Assembly: GCF_020745735.1 (NCBI RefSeq)
Contig: NC_083412.1
Span: 70,398,320 to 70,462,319 of the forward strand
DNA length: 64,000 nt
Direction of reading: 5' to 3'
Origin: Hemiscyllium ocellatum
Lineage: Eukaryota
The position numbers and the translations under genes were made by a program. Shown here one piece after another: positions 25,313-37,405 of this stretch. How positions within the stretch are numbered: position 1 is the first letter of the stretch; every line of letters begins with the position of its first letter. The notes beneath the pieces were generated by a model. That model searched no databases, was not told the DNA's origin, and saw only the letters and a list, made by a program, of their open reading frames with translations.

Positions 25313-26855
25313 AGTATAAAAGTTACCATCCTTTGACTCTATCCTCATTATTCAACAACCTTACAGAGCCTGTTTATACCTCTACCTCAAGATGTATCAA
25401 TGTAAATACACCATTATTTGTCTGCACTTGTTCCACTAACCTAATTTTCGCCCAATTTTATCCTGATTCCTTATACAATCCCCCTCACCCATATCCATGA
25501 CATTTCAGATGACCTCCAATCAAATCAATTTCACTTTAGTGGTCTTATTCAACTCCTTTCTATTATGGAAATCCACACCTCCATCCTCAGAAGACAACTA
25601 GCAGATGTCTGAATCTTCCTTGAATAACAACCCAAATGACATCACATCCCTCTGTGCAGTTGAACTCGCTATTACATTGAACAGCTTTTTCTTTAATCAC
25701 ACCAACTTAATTCTGATGTAGAGTCTGTATTTGAAATGGTAATTTGATTCACAAATGCCACTCAACCTCACTGCAGTAGCTATGGTTTTTAGGATGAGAC
25801 GGCAAACTGACCCTTCATTTTTCTTCTCTTAGGGTGATGTAAGGATTTCATAGCACTACTTAAAAAAAGAGCAAGCCCTCCCCCTCCAAATAATTTGTTT
25901 CACTTCTTAATGTAATTCTACCATTCCTAAAGAACATGGTTCATACTGCCATGAAGTTCCAAAAACCACAAGTCCTCAAGTATCTTGTACCTTAGTTATT
26001 CTACTGATTCTACCTAATGAATTGCAGCAGGGGGAAGTGATTGCATAAATTATTAAATATAATCCCAATCATACGCTCATTCAAAATTCACACCCAAGTA
26101 ATCTCAATAGTAGATCCTAAACAACTATCAACAGTGAGGAGCTGATTTGCTTTTTAAATCATTGTATTTGACCTCACCATCCCTCAACCAGACAATGTTC
26201 TCAGCTCCTCACTGAACTATTCTGTGAAAAATATGTCTAACTCAATCCAGATACAATTTGTTAAAGGCGTCATTTTATTTCCTACTAAGGTTGTCTGCAA
26301 TTGATCATTCTGCATAAAATATGAAATGGAAGGGAAATGATATGATTCTCACCATTGGTTGTTTAAGTTGTTGCCATTGGTTCTCCAAGTTATCAAATTA
26401 AATTCTTGCCAGAGTATTTGCAGGGTGATTGGGTATGTGGAAAATCAGTTTGCCTAATCCTGTTCTTGGTGCCAGTAAGAGTTAATAGATTCCAAATTGG
26501 TGAATTTTGGCTAATTTTTACACAGTCAAAGTCCTGAAGAAGCAATCTAATTTGGAATATTGCCAACTGCCATGGCAGAAACAGCCTACTGACACTAGCT
26601 AGGGATTAAACTCAGAATGTCCCTAGTATGTATGCTTCAGCTAAACAGTGAATCATTCTCTATTTGACCTGTGAGCTAAATATACAATTTTTATTATAGT
26701 TTTTTTCTCACAATTATCATCTAGAATCAACACACAGTGGTGGACAGGTATGCACAATAGTCAGACTTGCATCTTCTGATATTTCAATGCAATATGAAAA
26801 TCAGTGTACTAATTTCTTCCAGGCAAGTCAGTACTTCAAAATGTTTTAAGGATCT

Positions 26856-28169
26856 TTAATCTTCAATCAGCCACCATCTTTTTTTATCTGATGATTTTTC
26901 TACACCTTGATTTAAACTTAAAGTTGACTTTTGCCTCCTGGCTTTCTTTACTGGTCCATTGTCAATTCTTGTCTTGTTCTGGTGATTTTTAAATTGATTG
27001 CAGTATTTCTGTTCTGGAACTGGAAAAAATCCTTCATGTTTTCTTTTCGGAACAAATTTGAGAGCTTCTTGCCAGTTACCGGTTTCTTTCACAGTGAGCA
27101 AAATGCTGATCATTTGATTTAATGTAAGGTTTTTTGCACCAACATCCCATTTCAAATACTCATCCAAAGGAAGACGTGCAGTTGCCAACTTTAAACGCTT
27201 TGCATTTGCAAGGGACAATCCTGTCTGAATTGACTTATCAACAATTGACCCAATGATGTAGATTTTATCGTGCTGAAAACTCTTCAATACAGAAGGTGAA
27301 TCTGCAGTTAAGTACACAAGCTTGTCTTTGGGAAAAATGTCAACATACGACTTTTCTGTTACTGTTATCAAGAGTCTATCCCAGGCATCTCCATAACGTT
27401 TCAAAAGCTCCTTATGATATGATCCCTCTGGCATCATGTTACAGAAATATAAGTGGAATGGGTCTAAAGATTTTCTGTTGAACCCCTCAGACTCCAGTAG
27501 CTGAGAGACAGTGTTCTCCATTTCTCGACGTGCCATGTATCTTTCATAACTCATATCAAATACCAGTGGCTGACCAAACAGCATAGACTGTGCAGCCCTC
27601 CAATTGTACATTACATCAAAAGACCGCTGCCAGAATTGTAAAAGGAATGTGTTCTTTAATTCAATTCCTCCACCATTTTCTTTTTCCTTTTGAAGAGACT
27701 CTGCTCCTTCTTGTTTTATTTTTCGTTTCTCCTTTGTTGCTTTCTTTTTGCCTTCTTTGATAGCTAGATACTTCAGATATTTTTTCTTTGCAGATTTGGA
27801 AGGTAGTTCTTGAACTATGCTCAGTTGCTCTTCAGTTATGTTCTCTGGCACAGCCTTTCCAGCCAGTCGCCACATTTGAACCATTTCTCTTGTAGCAGCA
27901 GAGGATGCATCCACAGGATCTTCAGAGGGGCATGTTTTGGGAGCTTCTGATGCAGTTTCTTTCATGATAGTCTTCCAAATATCTAGGTCTAATTTATCAG
28001 GGCTGACTTTTTTTTCCTCATTCTTTGTGCATGATGTTAAAACCAGCATCCTGTGGTGTGGCATAAATTGGCATCTGATCAAAGGCACTTTGTTCTTCAC
28101 ACAAGTCTTTAACTGCAGTCTGCAATGCCCAGCAAAAGTCTGGAAAATATGGGCAACACGGAACCACAT
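26856..28169 (-). CDS. TRMT10C: tRNA methyltransferase 10 homolog C (MRPP1), single coding exon, 437 aa from the first ATG
   Basis: SPOUT Trm10 motifs QPLVFDM, VYLTADSP, YIIGSIVDK, ARLPLDEYL, KNLTLNQM; basic N-terminus compatible with mitochondrial targeting; acceptor AACAG at 28253; AATAAA at 26690-26695 (-). Confidence 0.97.
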   Translation of the reverse strand: MWFRVAHIFQTFAGHCRLQLKTCVKNKVPLIRCQFMPHHRMLVLTSCTKNEEKKVSPDKLDLDIWKTIMKETASEAPKTCPSEDPVDASSAATREMVQMWRLAGKAVPENITEEQLSIVQELPSKSAKKKYLKYLAIKEGKKKATKEKRKIKQEGAESLQKEKENGGGIELKNTFLLQFWQRSFDVMYNWRAAQSMLFGQPLVFDMSYERYMARREMENTVSQLLESEGFNRKSLDPFHLYFCNMMPEGSYHKELLKRYGDAWDRLLITVTEKSYVDIFPKDKLVYLTADSPSVLKSFQHDKIYIIGSIVDKSIQTGLSLANAKRLKLATARLPLDEYLKWDVGAKNLTLNQMISILLTVKETGNWQEALKFVPKRKHEGFFPVPEQKYCNQFKNHQNKTRIDNGPVKKARRQKSTLSLNQGVEKSSDKKRWWLIED

Positions 28170-28365
28170 AATAAGTTCCAACAAAATTCAAAAATTGTTG
28201 CAACACAAATATTCTCCACAATGTTCGAATAAATCCAAGGAAATGTTAAAACCTGTTATTAGAAACAGAAAAGTATTAGATGGATTATGAAATACATTTT
28301 CGAAATTAAATATAATTTCTTGCTGAATCTATTTGGTCTGAAACAAAACTCTTCATTTTCACAAT

Positions 28366-28425
28366 CACCTGATGAAAGCTAGTTTGCTTCCACTATGACC
28401 TGGTCCTGTGTGATTTTTAACTTCA
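28366..28425 (+). mobile_element. Tiny PLE-terminus-like remnant
   Basis: CACCTGATGAAAGCTAG looks like a hammerhead core with stem II deleted; assignment is by recalled resemblance only. Confidence 0.35.
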
Positions 28426-29144
28426 TTTTCTAAAACTGTGTTAAACGACTGCACACAGCACTTTTTCATCCCTCCCAATTTTCTCCATTCCTACCTTGGA
28501 GAGACCTTGCCTCAATAAAATGGACATTCCCCCCACCCACTTGAGATCAGAGTATAATGCTTTCCGCAATTAACATCAAACCAGACGGACTTCCTAATGG
28601 GTGTCACTGGTTTACGGTTAACTTCAAGAACTTGCCTTGCTCGGTTTCCTTCTCTCGTCAGGCTACAGGGGTGCTTATAGGTATTTGAATTTCAATTAGA
28701 CTTATACACAATAAATTAACAGACAAACGATGTCCAAGAGCAGAGGTTGCACAATAGACAATATCGCGCGAACCTCTGAATGAAAGAATGAAGTCCCAGT
28801 TCGAATTTGGAATTTGGAACGCGGTGTAGAACCTTGCCCGGATCTCATTCAGAAACACAGCAGCCGCCTCAAAGAGGGAAAGGTCACTGCGCCTGTTCAT
28901 CTCTTTCCCCACTCCCTGAGCATATCCTGTCTTAACATTTAAAACAAAACTTCCACAATACATTAAAAATGCAGATTTATATTTAAAGCATAGTTTTTAA
29001 AATTCTGAAATGACAGGTGATTTGTAAAACCATTTTTTAATCAGCAACCGATCATAAAACACCTCCAGGGTAATATTAACAATAACATCGCATGTGTCCA
29101 ATTTAATTTATTCGAGACGTTTTCACTTTTCACTCCTTGCTCAC

Positions 29145-29408
29145 CCACAGAATGCATACAACTGGCATTATTTTGTGATGTCATTTATTATCGGATAATA
29201 TATAGCAAACTTTGAGGCTTTATTTAATCACGCTGCTTGATTATTATTGAGAATTTCTTTGATAATTCTTGCTTAGTGTTTCAGGGGAATTATTTCTAAG
29301 TAGTCCTATGACAGTTTACATCCGGTTCGAGGCTGGCTTCTCCCGCCCATGCCGCTAATGAATTTACGTTTAACCGTTTATTTCGATTCGCTTTTTCTCT
29401 GAGAGAAA
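29145..29408. promoter_or_regulatory. Candidate bidirectional promoter and 5' UTRs of TRMT10C and TXNL4B
   Basis: Divergent genes; candidate TRMT10C non-coding exon donor TGG|GTGAGC at 29145/29144 (-); local CpG enrichment around 29320-29530. Confidence 0.55.
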
Positions 29409-29540
29409 ATGAGCTTCTTGCTGCCAAAGTTACAATCTAAGAAAGATGTTGACCACGTTATAAAGACCGTGGCTGAAAGGGTACTGGTTCTGCGTTTCGG
29501 CCGTGATCAGGACCCTGTGTGTTTACAACTGGATGAAATT
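29409..29540 (+). CDS. TXNL4B: TXNL4B (Dim2) coding exon 1
   Basis: MSFLLPKLQSKKDVDHVIKTVAERVLVLRFGRDQDPVCLQLDEI, GTAAGA donor, 132 nt. Confidence 0.96.
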
Positions 29541-30364
29541 GTAAGAATTGTTACCAGAGCTGCTTCACTTATTTTGAATGATTACTTTCATCGTGTTTCA
29601 CTGTTAGCAGGTTAAATACTTTATAGTTTCAGCTTGGTTCAGATGGTAGAACTCTTGGCTCTTAATCACGGAAAAGTAAATACAGTTTCTAGAATCAGGT
29701 GCTGTGTAAATTAATATTTCATTGTTATTTCGGAAAACTAGTCTGAAAGAAAATAGGACCATTCCTAAAAAGGCTAAAGACACGAAAGAGATTAAGTGTG
29801 TGTCGTGCTTCATATTACTGTGGTGGTGCGCGCAGGTTGTGTTTGTTTACAACAGACGTTGCATTTAAAAAAAGATCGTTATGGTCAAGTTTTGAGGTGA
29901 GAAGGTGCTTGAGCTCAGGTTATTGCTGAAATAATTTGCTGCCAGTGCAGTGAAGCCTTCTTTGTCTTTAGATGTTTTTACAACTTCACATATCCCAATC
30001 TCTACTACCTTTTCTAGTCCAACTATTTACCCTGGTCTGTACCCCTCCAGTTCTGACTTTTTTGTGCTTTTAGTCTCGCTACCGTTAATAGTGGTGCATT
30101 CAGTAACCCAAACACTAAGCTCTGCATTTTCCCCACACCTTTTTTGTTCACCTCTTTTTAAATTATTCCTTAAAAGCCACCCTGTTGAGCAAGCGTTTGG
30201 TCATCTGTCCTTATATCTACTTCTGTCTCTTGGTTTCCAAAGGTGTTTCTTATCTACTGTGACAAGCCTTGAGATACTTTACTATGTAATGCTGCGATAT
30301 AAATATGTGTTGTTCATTCAAAGATTGAACCATAATATGCTGCATAAGGACATCTCATTGAGTT

Positions 30365-30682
30365 TGCCAGAAATTAACTAGTGGTGTATCTCAGGAATCA
30401 GTGTTGAGACCACAATTATTTACAATTTATATTGATGATTTGTAGTTGGGGACTATGTGTATGGTGTCAAAATTTGCCAATGACACTAAGATGAGTGGCA
30501 GACCAAAGTGTGCAGAGCACTAAAACTTTGCAGAAGAACATAGATACATTGAGTTAGTAGGCAAAGGTCTGGCAGATGGAATATAATGTTAGTAAATGTG
30601 TAAGTCATACATTTTGATAGGAGTAACAGCAAAATAGATTATTACTTCAATGGTAAAAAATTGCAGCATGCTGATTTGCAGA
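30365..30682 (+). mobile_element. CR1 RT fragment
   Basis: SGVSQESVLRPQLFTIYIDDL..SKFANDTK translation. Confidence 0.8.
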
Positions 30683-31478
30683 GGAGAAAGTGAGGACTGC
30701 AAGTGCTGGAGATCAGAGTTAAGAGTGTAGTGGTGGAAAAGCACAGCAGGTCAGGCAACATCCGAGGAGCAGGAGAATCGACATTTCGGGCATAAGCCCT
30801 TCATCAGGAATGAGGCTTGTGGGTCGGGGCTCAGAGATAAATGGGAGGGGGTGGGTTTTTTGGGAAACGTAACTGAGAAAGCAATAGATGGATGAAGGTG
30901 AGGGAGAAGGCGATAGGTCAGAGTGGGGAAATGATAGACAGGTCCAGAGGGCAGTGCCAAGTTGGAACCTTGGGACTGGGATAATGTGGGGGAGGGGAAA
31001 TGAGGAAGCTGTTGAAATCAACATTTATCCCAAGTGGTTGCATGGTTCCAAGGCAGAATATAAGGCATTCCTCCTCCAGGCATTGGGTGGTAATGGTTTG
31101 GCGGTGAAGGAGGTCCAGGACCTGCATGTCTTTGACAGAGTGGGAGGGGGAGTTGAAATGTTCAGCCACGGGGCGGTGGGGCTGGTGGGTGCGGGTGTCC
31201 TAGAGATGTTCTCTGAAGCGATCCGCAAGAAGGCGTCCTGTCTCCCTGATGTAGAGGAGACCACACCGGGTGCAATGGATGCAGTAGATGACATTGGTGG
31301 ATGTGCAGGTAAATTTCTGATGCGGAAGGATCCCTTGGAAGTGAGGGGAGTGTTGTGTGCAGGTGCAGGTTTTGCACATCCTGTAGTGGCAGAGAAAGGT
31401 GACAGGAGTGGGGTGTGGGCTGGCGGGGAGTGTGGACCTGATGAGGGAGTCATGGAGGGAATGGTCTTTTCGGAACAC
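30683..31478 (-). mobile_element. Penelope-like retroelement 3' part: GIY-YIG endonuclease, 3' UTR and hammerhead motif
   Basis: FTCTSTNVIYCIHCTRCGLLYIRETGRLLADRFREH and AEHFNSPSHS..LGTMQPLGIN; CTGATGAAGGGCTTATGCCCGAAATGTC on - at 30780-30807. Confidence 0.9.
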
Positions 31479-32020
31479 TGTGTGCAGATTTGGTCTCCTT
31501 ACTGAAGAAAGGATGTACTGGCACTGGAGGGGGTGCAGAGGAGATTCACTAGGTTGGTTCCGGAGTTGAGGGGGTTGGCTTATGAGGAAAGGTTGAGTAG
31601 ATTTGGATTATATTCGTTGGAATTCGGAAGAATGAGGGGGTTGGATCTTATAGAAACATCTAAAATTATGAATGGAATCGATAAAATAGAAATAGATAGG
31701 ATGGTAGGTGAGACCAGGACAAGAGGGCATGGCCTCAAGATTAGAGGAAGCAGGTTTAGAACTGAACTGAAAAGCAACTTCTTCATCCGAAGGTTATTAA
31801 TCTATGGAATTTCTTGCCCAGGGAAGTAATTACACAACTTCAGGAATCGCATTTAAAGCTAAGGTAGATAATTCCTTTATTTTTCAAAAAAGTAACGGGT
31901 ATGGTGAAAACACAGGTAAGTGGAGCTGAGTCCACAAAAGGATCAGCCATGATCTTATTGAGTGGTGGAACAGACTCGAAGGGCTGGACGGCCTACTCCT
32001 GCTCCTAGTTCTTATGTTTA
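31479..32020 (+). mobile_element. CR1 3' fragment (second subfamily)
   Basis: HCVQIWSPY..VQRRFTRLVPELRGLAYEERL; tail CCTACTCCTGCTCCTAGTTCTTATG. Confidence 0.9.
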
Positions 32021-32244
32021 CATGTTTAAATTTTCAAATGTTCAGAATACATTTGAGCACCTTTTTGGCAGAGGAAAATATTGATTGGAAAAGATGTCAT
32101 GTGTATTATCGCTTGCGATATGGAACAGATGACAACATACTAAAAAAGAATAAAACTGGTTAATGACAGCAGTAATGATCTTAACAAAAACATTTAGAAA
32201 ATCTTTCAAGGTTTGTTCTTGTATTTTAAGATACATAAATTCCT

Positions 32245-32941
32245 TATGAAGGTGTAGAGATGTGCTGTATCTTTAAGAGGATTGAAGGACTTAGCAGATA
32301 CAGAGAGTACTGGAAAATTTAAAATGTAACATTTGGTCGAACAACTAGATTAGCTGGGTTGCCTGGATACAAAACCAAATTCAAATTCACTCAATCAGTT
32401 TAAATTATGCCCCAAGATACCAAACTCCAATCAAGTTTGAATTTAGTATTTTGACAATATTAAAACCAATGAAGTGATCCGATGTTTTGGGAGTATAAAG
32501 TGGGAAAAAATTGAACAGTTGAGGGAGAACTGCCAAGCCACCACAATCTACAGACTGCCCGCAGAACAGCTGTCTTAAAAGGTACCTTTATCCATCAATG
32601 ACCTGTGAAACAGAATCCCTAAGAAGAAATCTACAGACGAAGAAAGAAAGACAAGGTTCGTCAGCTGGTTGGTTTTGGAATATGAATTTTTCGGTAAATC
32701 TTAATTGGGGGTTTTATCAGACCAGTATTGTAGAGGGGAAAGTACAATATAGGTTATAGAAAGGAATTGAAAAGAAATTGTTAGTTAATTATTCTCTGTT
32801 AGACTTTTTAAAAAAAAAAGTTAATTTTTCTTTTTGGATAGTCCTTGGTCTCTAGAATTTTCACAGATTATTGCACGAGGTAAATCTTTTCCGTGTTGCT
32901 GGTTTAAATTGGCAGAGGCTGATTTGCCCCATATTGTAACA
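32245..32941 (+). mobile_element. Possible solo LTR
   Basis: ~690 bp block ending TGTAACA with CCAAT and TATAAA motifs. No TSD found. Confidence 0.35.
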
Positions 32942-33611
32942 CTATTGGCAAATTATAACAAGGTACAACACTTCATCATAGATTATAATCTATTTTTAAA
33001 TAATTTTATTCATATTAATAAAGCATTTGTCTAAAACTAAAATTATTACCTCAAAATACCCTCAGATGTGAGTGAAGATATTCTTGAAATATATGCAGTC
33101 AAAAGAATACATTGCATTTTTGGGATAATTCTCTTTATGTTCCCTGAAACAAATTTCTATGAAAAGTTCTGACTTGAGATACTTTCTTGATCTTTGCCAA
33201 TACAACAACAATCGCTGAAATATATGTTATGATAAGAAGTGTATTTTTTTCTCTTTGTTAATTCAACAGGTTATTAATGTCTGGTTAATCCCATTGTTGT
33301 TGTCTTTATTTTAACATTAAGAAACAGGTAATGGCTATTAACTGTCTGAACATATACTGTGTATATGCTTATGGCACACCTGTAATGCTGATGTGGAATA
33401 AAGAGTAAGACTGAGGAAGTCCCATAAACAGTCACCACAAAGAACAAGATTTATGAAACATAATTTCAATCTCTTCAAACTCGATCCAATTTGTCCAAAT
33501 CTGTTGTTTAAATTCTGGTGAATATGTTTACATTAGTTTTCCTTGTGAAGCAAAATAATGATATTGAGAACTTAATCAATATAAAGTTTTTTTCACCTTT
33601 TTTTTCACTAG

Positions 33612-33763
33612 CTTTCAAAAACTGCTCATGACCTGAGTAAAATGGCAGCTGTTTACCTGGTGGATGTTGACAGTGTCCCTATTTACACTCGCTACTTTGA
33701 CATCAGTTACATTCCTTCCACAGTTTTTTTCTTCAATGGCCAACATATGAAAGTGGATTATGG
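33612..33763 (+). CDS. TXNL4B: TXNL4B coding exon 2
   Basis: LSKTAHDLSKMAAVYLVDVDSVPIYTRYFDISYIPSTVFFFNGQHMKVDYG; 152 nt, AG/GT boundaries. Confidence 0.96.
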
Positions 33764-33789
33764 GTAAGATATTTTGCTTTATAAAACAT

Positions 33790-35987
33790 TTATGATTCAG
33801 TATGTGGATGTACCTACTAGAGAGGTTGCAAAACTAGACTTATTCTTGGGAAATAAGGCAGGGCAGGTGAATGAGGTGTCAGTGGGGGAGCACTTTGGGG
33901 CCAGCGACCATAATTCTATTTATTTTAAAATAGTGATGGAAAAAGATAGACCTGATTTAAAAAGTTGAAGTTCTAAATTGGAGAAAGGTCAATTTTGACG
34001 GTATTAGGCAAGAACTTTCGAAAGCTGATTGGAGGCAGATGTTCGCAGGTAAAGGGACGGCTGGAAAATGGGAAGCCTTCAGAAATGAGATAACAAGAAT
34101 CCAGAGAAAGTATATTCCTGTCAGGGTGAAAGGGAAGGCTGGTAGGTATAGGGAATGCTGGATGACTAAAGAAATTGAGGGTTTGGTTAAGGTATTGACA
34201 GGATAGATCGAGTGAATCCTTAGAAGAGCATAAAGGAAATAGGAGTATACTTAAGAGGGACATCAGGAGGGCAAAACGGGGACATGAGATAGCTTTGGCA
34301 AATAGAATTAAGGAGAATCCAAAGGGTTTTACAAATATATTAAGGACAAAAGGGTAACTAGGGAGAGAATAGGGCCCCTCAAAGATCAGCAAGGCGGCCT
34401 TTCTGTGGAGCCACAGAAAATGGGAGAGTTACTAAATGAATATTTTGCATCAATATTTACTGTGGAAAGGAATATGGAAGATATAGACTGTAGGGAAATG
34501 GATGGTGACATCTTGCAAAGTGTACAGATTACAGAGGAGGAAGTGCTGGATGTCTTGCAACGGTTAAAGGTGGATAAATCCCCAGGACCTGATCAGGTGT
34601 ACCCTAGAACTCTGTGGGAAGCTAGAGAAGTGATTGCTGGACCTCTTGCTGAGATATTTGTATCATCTATAGTCACAGGTGAGGTGCCTGAAGACTGGAG
34701 GTTGGCAAACGTGGTGCCACTGTTTAAGAAGGGTGGTAAAGGCAAGCCAGGGAACTATAGACTGGTGAGCCTGACCTCGGTGGTTGGCAATTTGTTGGAG
34801 GGAATCCTGAGGGATAGCATGTACATGTATTTGGAAAGGCAGGGACTGATTCGGGCTAGTCAACGTGTATGGAAAATCATGTCTCACAAACTTGATTGAT
34901 TTTTTTGAAGAAGTAACAAAGAAAATTAATGAGGGCAGAGCAGTAGATGTGATCTATATAGACTTCAGTAAGGCGTTCGACAAGGAGACTGATTAGCAAG
35001 GTTAGATCTCATGGAATACAGGGAGAACTAGCCATTTGGATACAGAACTGGCTTAAAGGTAGAAGACAGAGCGTGGTGGTGGAGGGTTGTTTTTCAGACT
35101 AGAGGTCAGTGACCAGTGGAGTGCCACAAGGATCGGTGGTGGGTCCTCTACTTTTTGTCATTTACACAAATGATTTGGATGCGAGCATAAGAGGTACAGT
35201 TAGTAAGTTTGCAGATTACACCAAAATTGGAGGTGCAGTGGACAGCGAAGAGGGTTACCTCAGATTACAACAGGATCTGGACCAGAGCGCCAATGGACAG
35301 GGAAGTGGCAGATGGAGTTTAATTCAGATAAATGCGAGATGCTGCATTTTGGGAAAGCAAATCTTCGCAGGACTTATACACTTAATGGTAAGGTCCTAGG
35401 GAGTGTTGCTGAACAAAGAGACCTTGGAGTACAGGCTCATAGCTCTTTGAAAGTGGAGTCACAGGTAAATAGGATAGTGAAGAAGGCGTTTGGTATGCTT
35501 TCCTTTATTGGTCAGAGTATTGAGTACAGGAGTTGGGAGGTCATGTTGCGGCTGTACAGGATATTGGTTAGGCCAAACAGGCTGGGGCTGTTTTCCCTGG
35601 ATCGTCAGAGGCTGAGGGATGACCTTATAGAGGTTTACAAAATTATGAGGGGCATGGATAGGATAAATAGACTAAGTCTTTTCCTTGGGTCAGGGAGTCC
35701 AGAACTAGAGGGCATAGGTTTAGGGTGAGAGGGGAAAGATATAAAAGAGACCCAAGGGGCAACTATTTCACGCAGAGGGAGTACATGTATGGAATGAGCT
35801 GCCAGAGGAAGTGGTGGAGACTGGTACAATTGCAACATTTAAGAGGCATTTGGATGGGTATATGAATAGGAAGGGTTTGGAGGGATATGGGTCAGTGCTG
35901 GGACTAGACTGGGTTGGGATATCTGGTCGGCATGGATTGGTTGGACCGAAGGGTCTGTTTCCATGCTGTACATCTCTATGACTCTAT
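33790..35987 (+). mobile_element. Relatively young CR1 (HER1-like) LINE, ORF2 with internal deletions
   Basis: SDHN endonuclease end, DKSPGPD, NYRLVSLTS, GVPQGSVVGP, SKFADYTK and ATGACTCTAT tail. Confidence 0.95.
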
Positions 35988-36552
35988 TTGTAAATGTTGA
36001 TTATTATGTTAAATATCTTGTTCAATGTGGAGTGAAGAAACACTTTCTCTTTGCCCTATCTGACAGGGGTAGCAATCACTTAAAATTAGGCTATATTCAG
36101 CAGTTTTTTTCAATTGAAAATGACTGCTTCAAATCTTTCCTTTTACCTTTTAGCTGTTAAATCATATCTTAAGCTGTCACTATTTCTGCAGTATTTAATG
36201 TCTGCCTTACTACCACCTTTTGAATCTCTTGTCTCAAATAAAACTTCTTTTTTCTCCAATCCCAGTTAACCTCATGTCTCCATTGCTTCATTTGCCAGTT
36301 TCCTTTAATGTGTATCCACATTTCTCAATCCTTACAATAGTGGAAACTGTCCAGAATTACTGCTTCAGAAGCTTCCCCACTACCAAAGTTAAACCTACTG
36401 ACATGCAGTTGTTTTTAAACAAGTGTATAGCATTTGCAATTCTGAAGCCATCTGGCACTGCCTCCACCCTGGCATCTGACGAGGACTGAAAAAATGTTAG
36501 TGCCTCTAATTTCCAGTCTCCCTTGCTTCTGTATTTGGGTTATTCTAGTGAC

Positions 36553-36790
36553 TTGGAGAACTGCAGTGAGGACTGCAGATGCTGGAGAGCAGAGTCGAAG
36601 AGTGTAGTGCTGGAAAAGCACAGCTGGTCAGGCGGCATCCGAGAAGCAGGAGAGTCAACCTTTTGAGCAAAAGCTCTTCATCTGGAATGAAGACCCCCAT
36701 TCTCAATGAAGAGCTTATGCTCTAAACATCAACTCCCCTGCTCCTCGGATGCTTCCTGCTATGCCTTTCCAGCACCACACTCTTAGACTC
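36553..36790. mobile_element. PLE-derived fold-back element with perfect 13-bp TSD and two decayed hammerhead motifs
   Basis: TTATTCTAGTGAC at 36540-36552 and 36791-36803; inverted arms around a centre at ~36695. Confidence 0.85.
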
Positions 36791-37069
36791 TTATTCTAGT
36801 GACATATCAACTTTAATTGCAGAGCCATTTTGTAAAATTCTCCTCAACAGTCTGAAACATTTCCTATCTCTGAACCACATTGTCTTTTACCTAGACAACA
36901 TATTTTTCCTTGGTAAAACTAGATGAAAAGTATTGATTTAGTACATCAGCCCTGAACCTCCAAATGTAAATTTCCAAGTTAATCCCAACTGTTCCCAACA
37001 TAGCGCAATCCTCCTTTGTGTCATCTCTCTTATTTATAAAGTATATTAGTGTAAATTATTCAATTCCAG

Positions 37070-37162
37070 GGGAATGGGTCTGGGTGGGCTGTGCTTCGGC
37101 GGGTCGGTGTGGACTTGTTGGGCCGAAGGGCCTGTATCCACTACTGTAAGTAATCTAATCTA
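37070..37162 (+). mobile_element. SINE 3' fragment
   Basis: Matches 490-572. Confidence 0.8.
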
Positions 37163-37239
37163 ATTTAAATTCCATTGGGATTTTGAAAGTAAAATTGTGA
37201 ACATTGGCAAAAACGTGTTTCCATTCTGTTTTGGTTTAG

Positions 37240-37405
37240 GTCTCCAGATCATACGAAGTTTATTGGATGTTTCAAAACAAAGCAAGACTTCATAGATTTA
37301 ATTGAAGTAATATTCCGTGGAGCAATGCGAGGAAAGCTAATAGTACACAGTCCTATTGATCCGAGGAATGTCCCAAAGTATGACCTTCTTTATCATGGCA
37401 TCTAA
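37240..37405 (+). CDS. TXNL4B: TXNL4B coding exon 3 (to stop)
   Basis: [54 protein letters not shown]; total CDS 450 nt = 149 aa; AATAAA near 37748 and 37794. Confidence 0.96.

Noticed and set aside
28170-28184. ORF-track start for TRMT10C (and 43450 for FAM172B)
   Set aside because: Non-ATG starts; the first in-frame ATGs are at 28169 and 43432.
29950-30381. 143-aa hydrophobic ORF in TXNL4B intron 1
   Set aside because: T-rich decayed repeat-like sequence, non-ATG start, no motifs.
30888-31505. 205-aa plus-strand ORF
   Set aside because: Antisense to the PLE endonuclease region.
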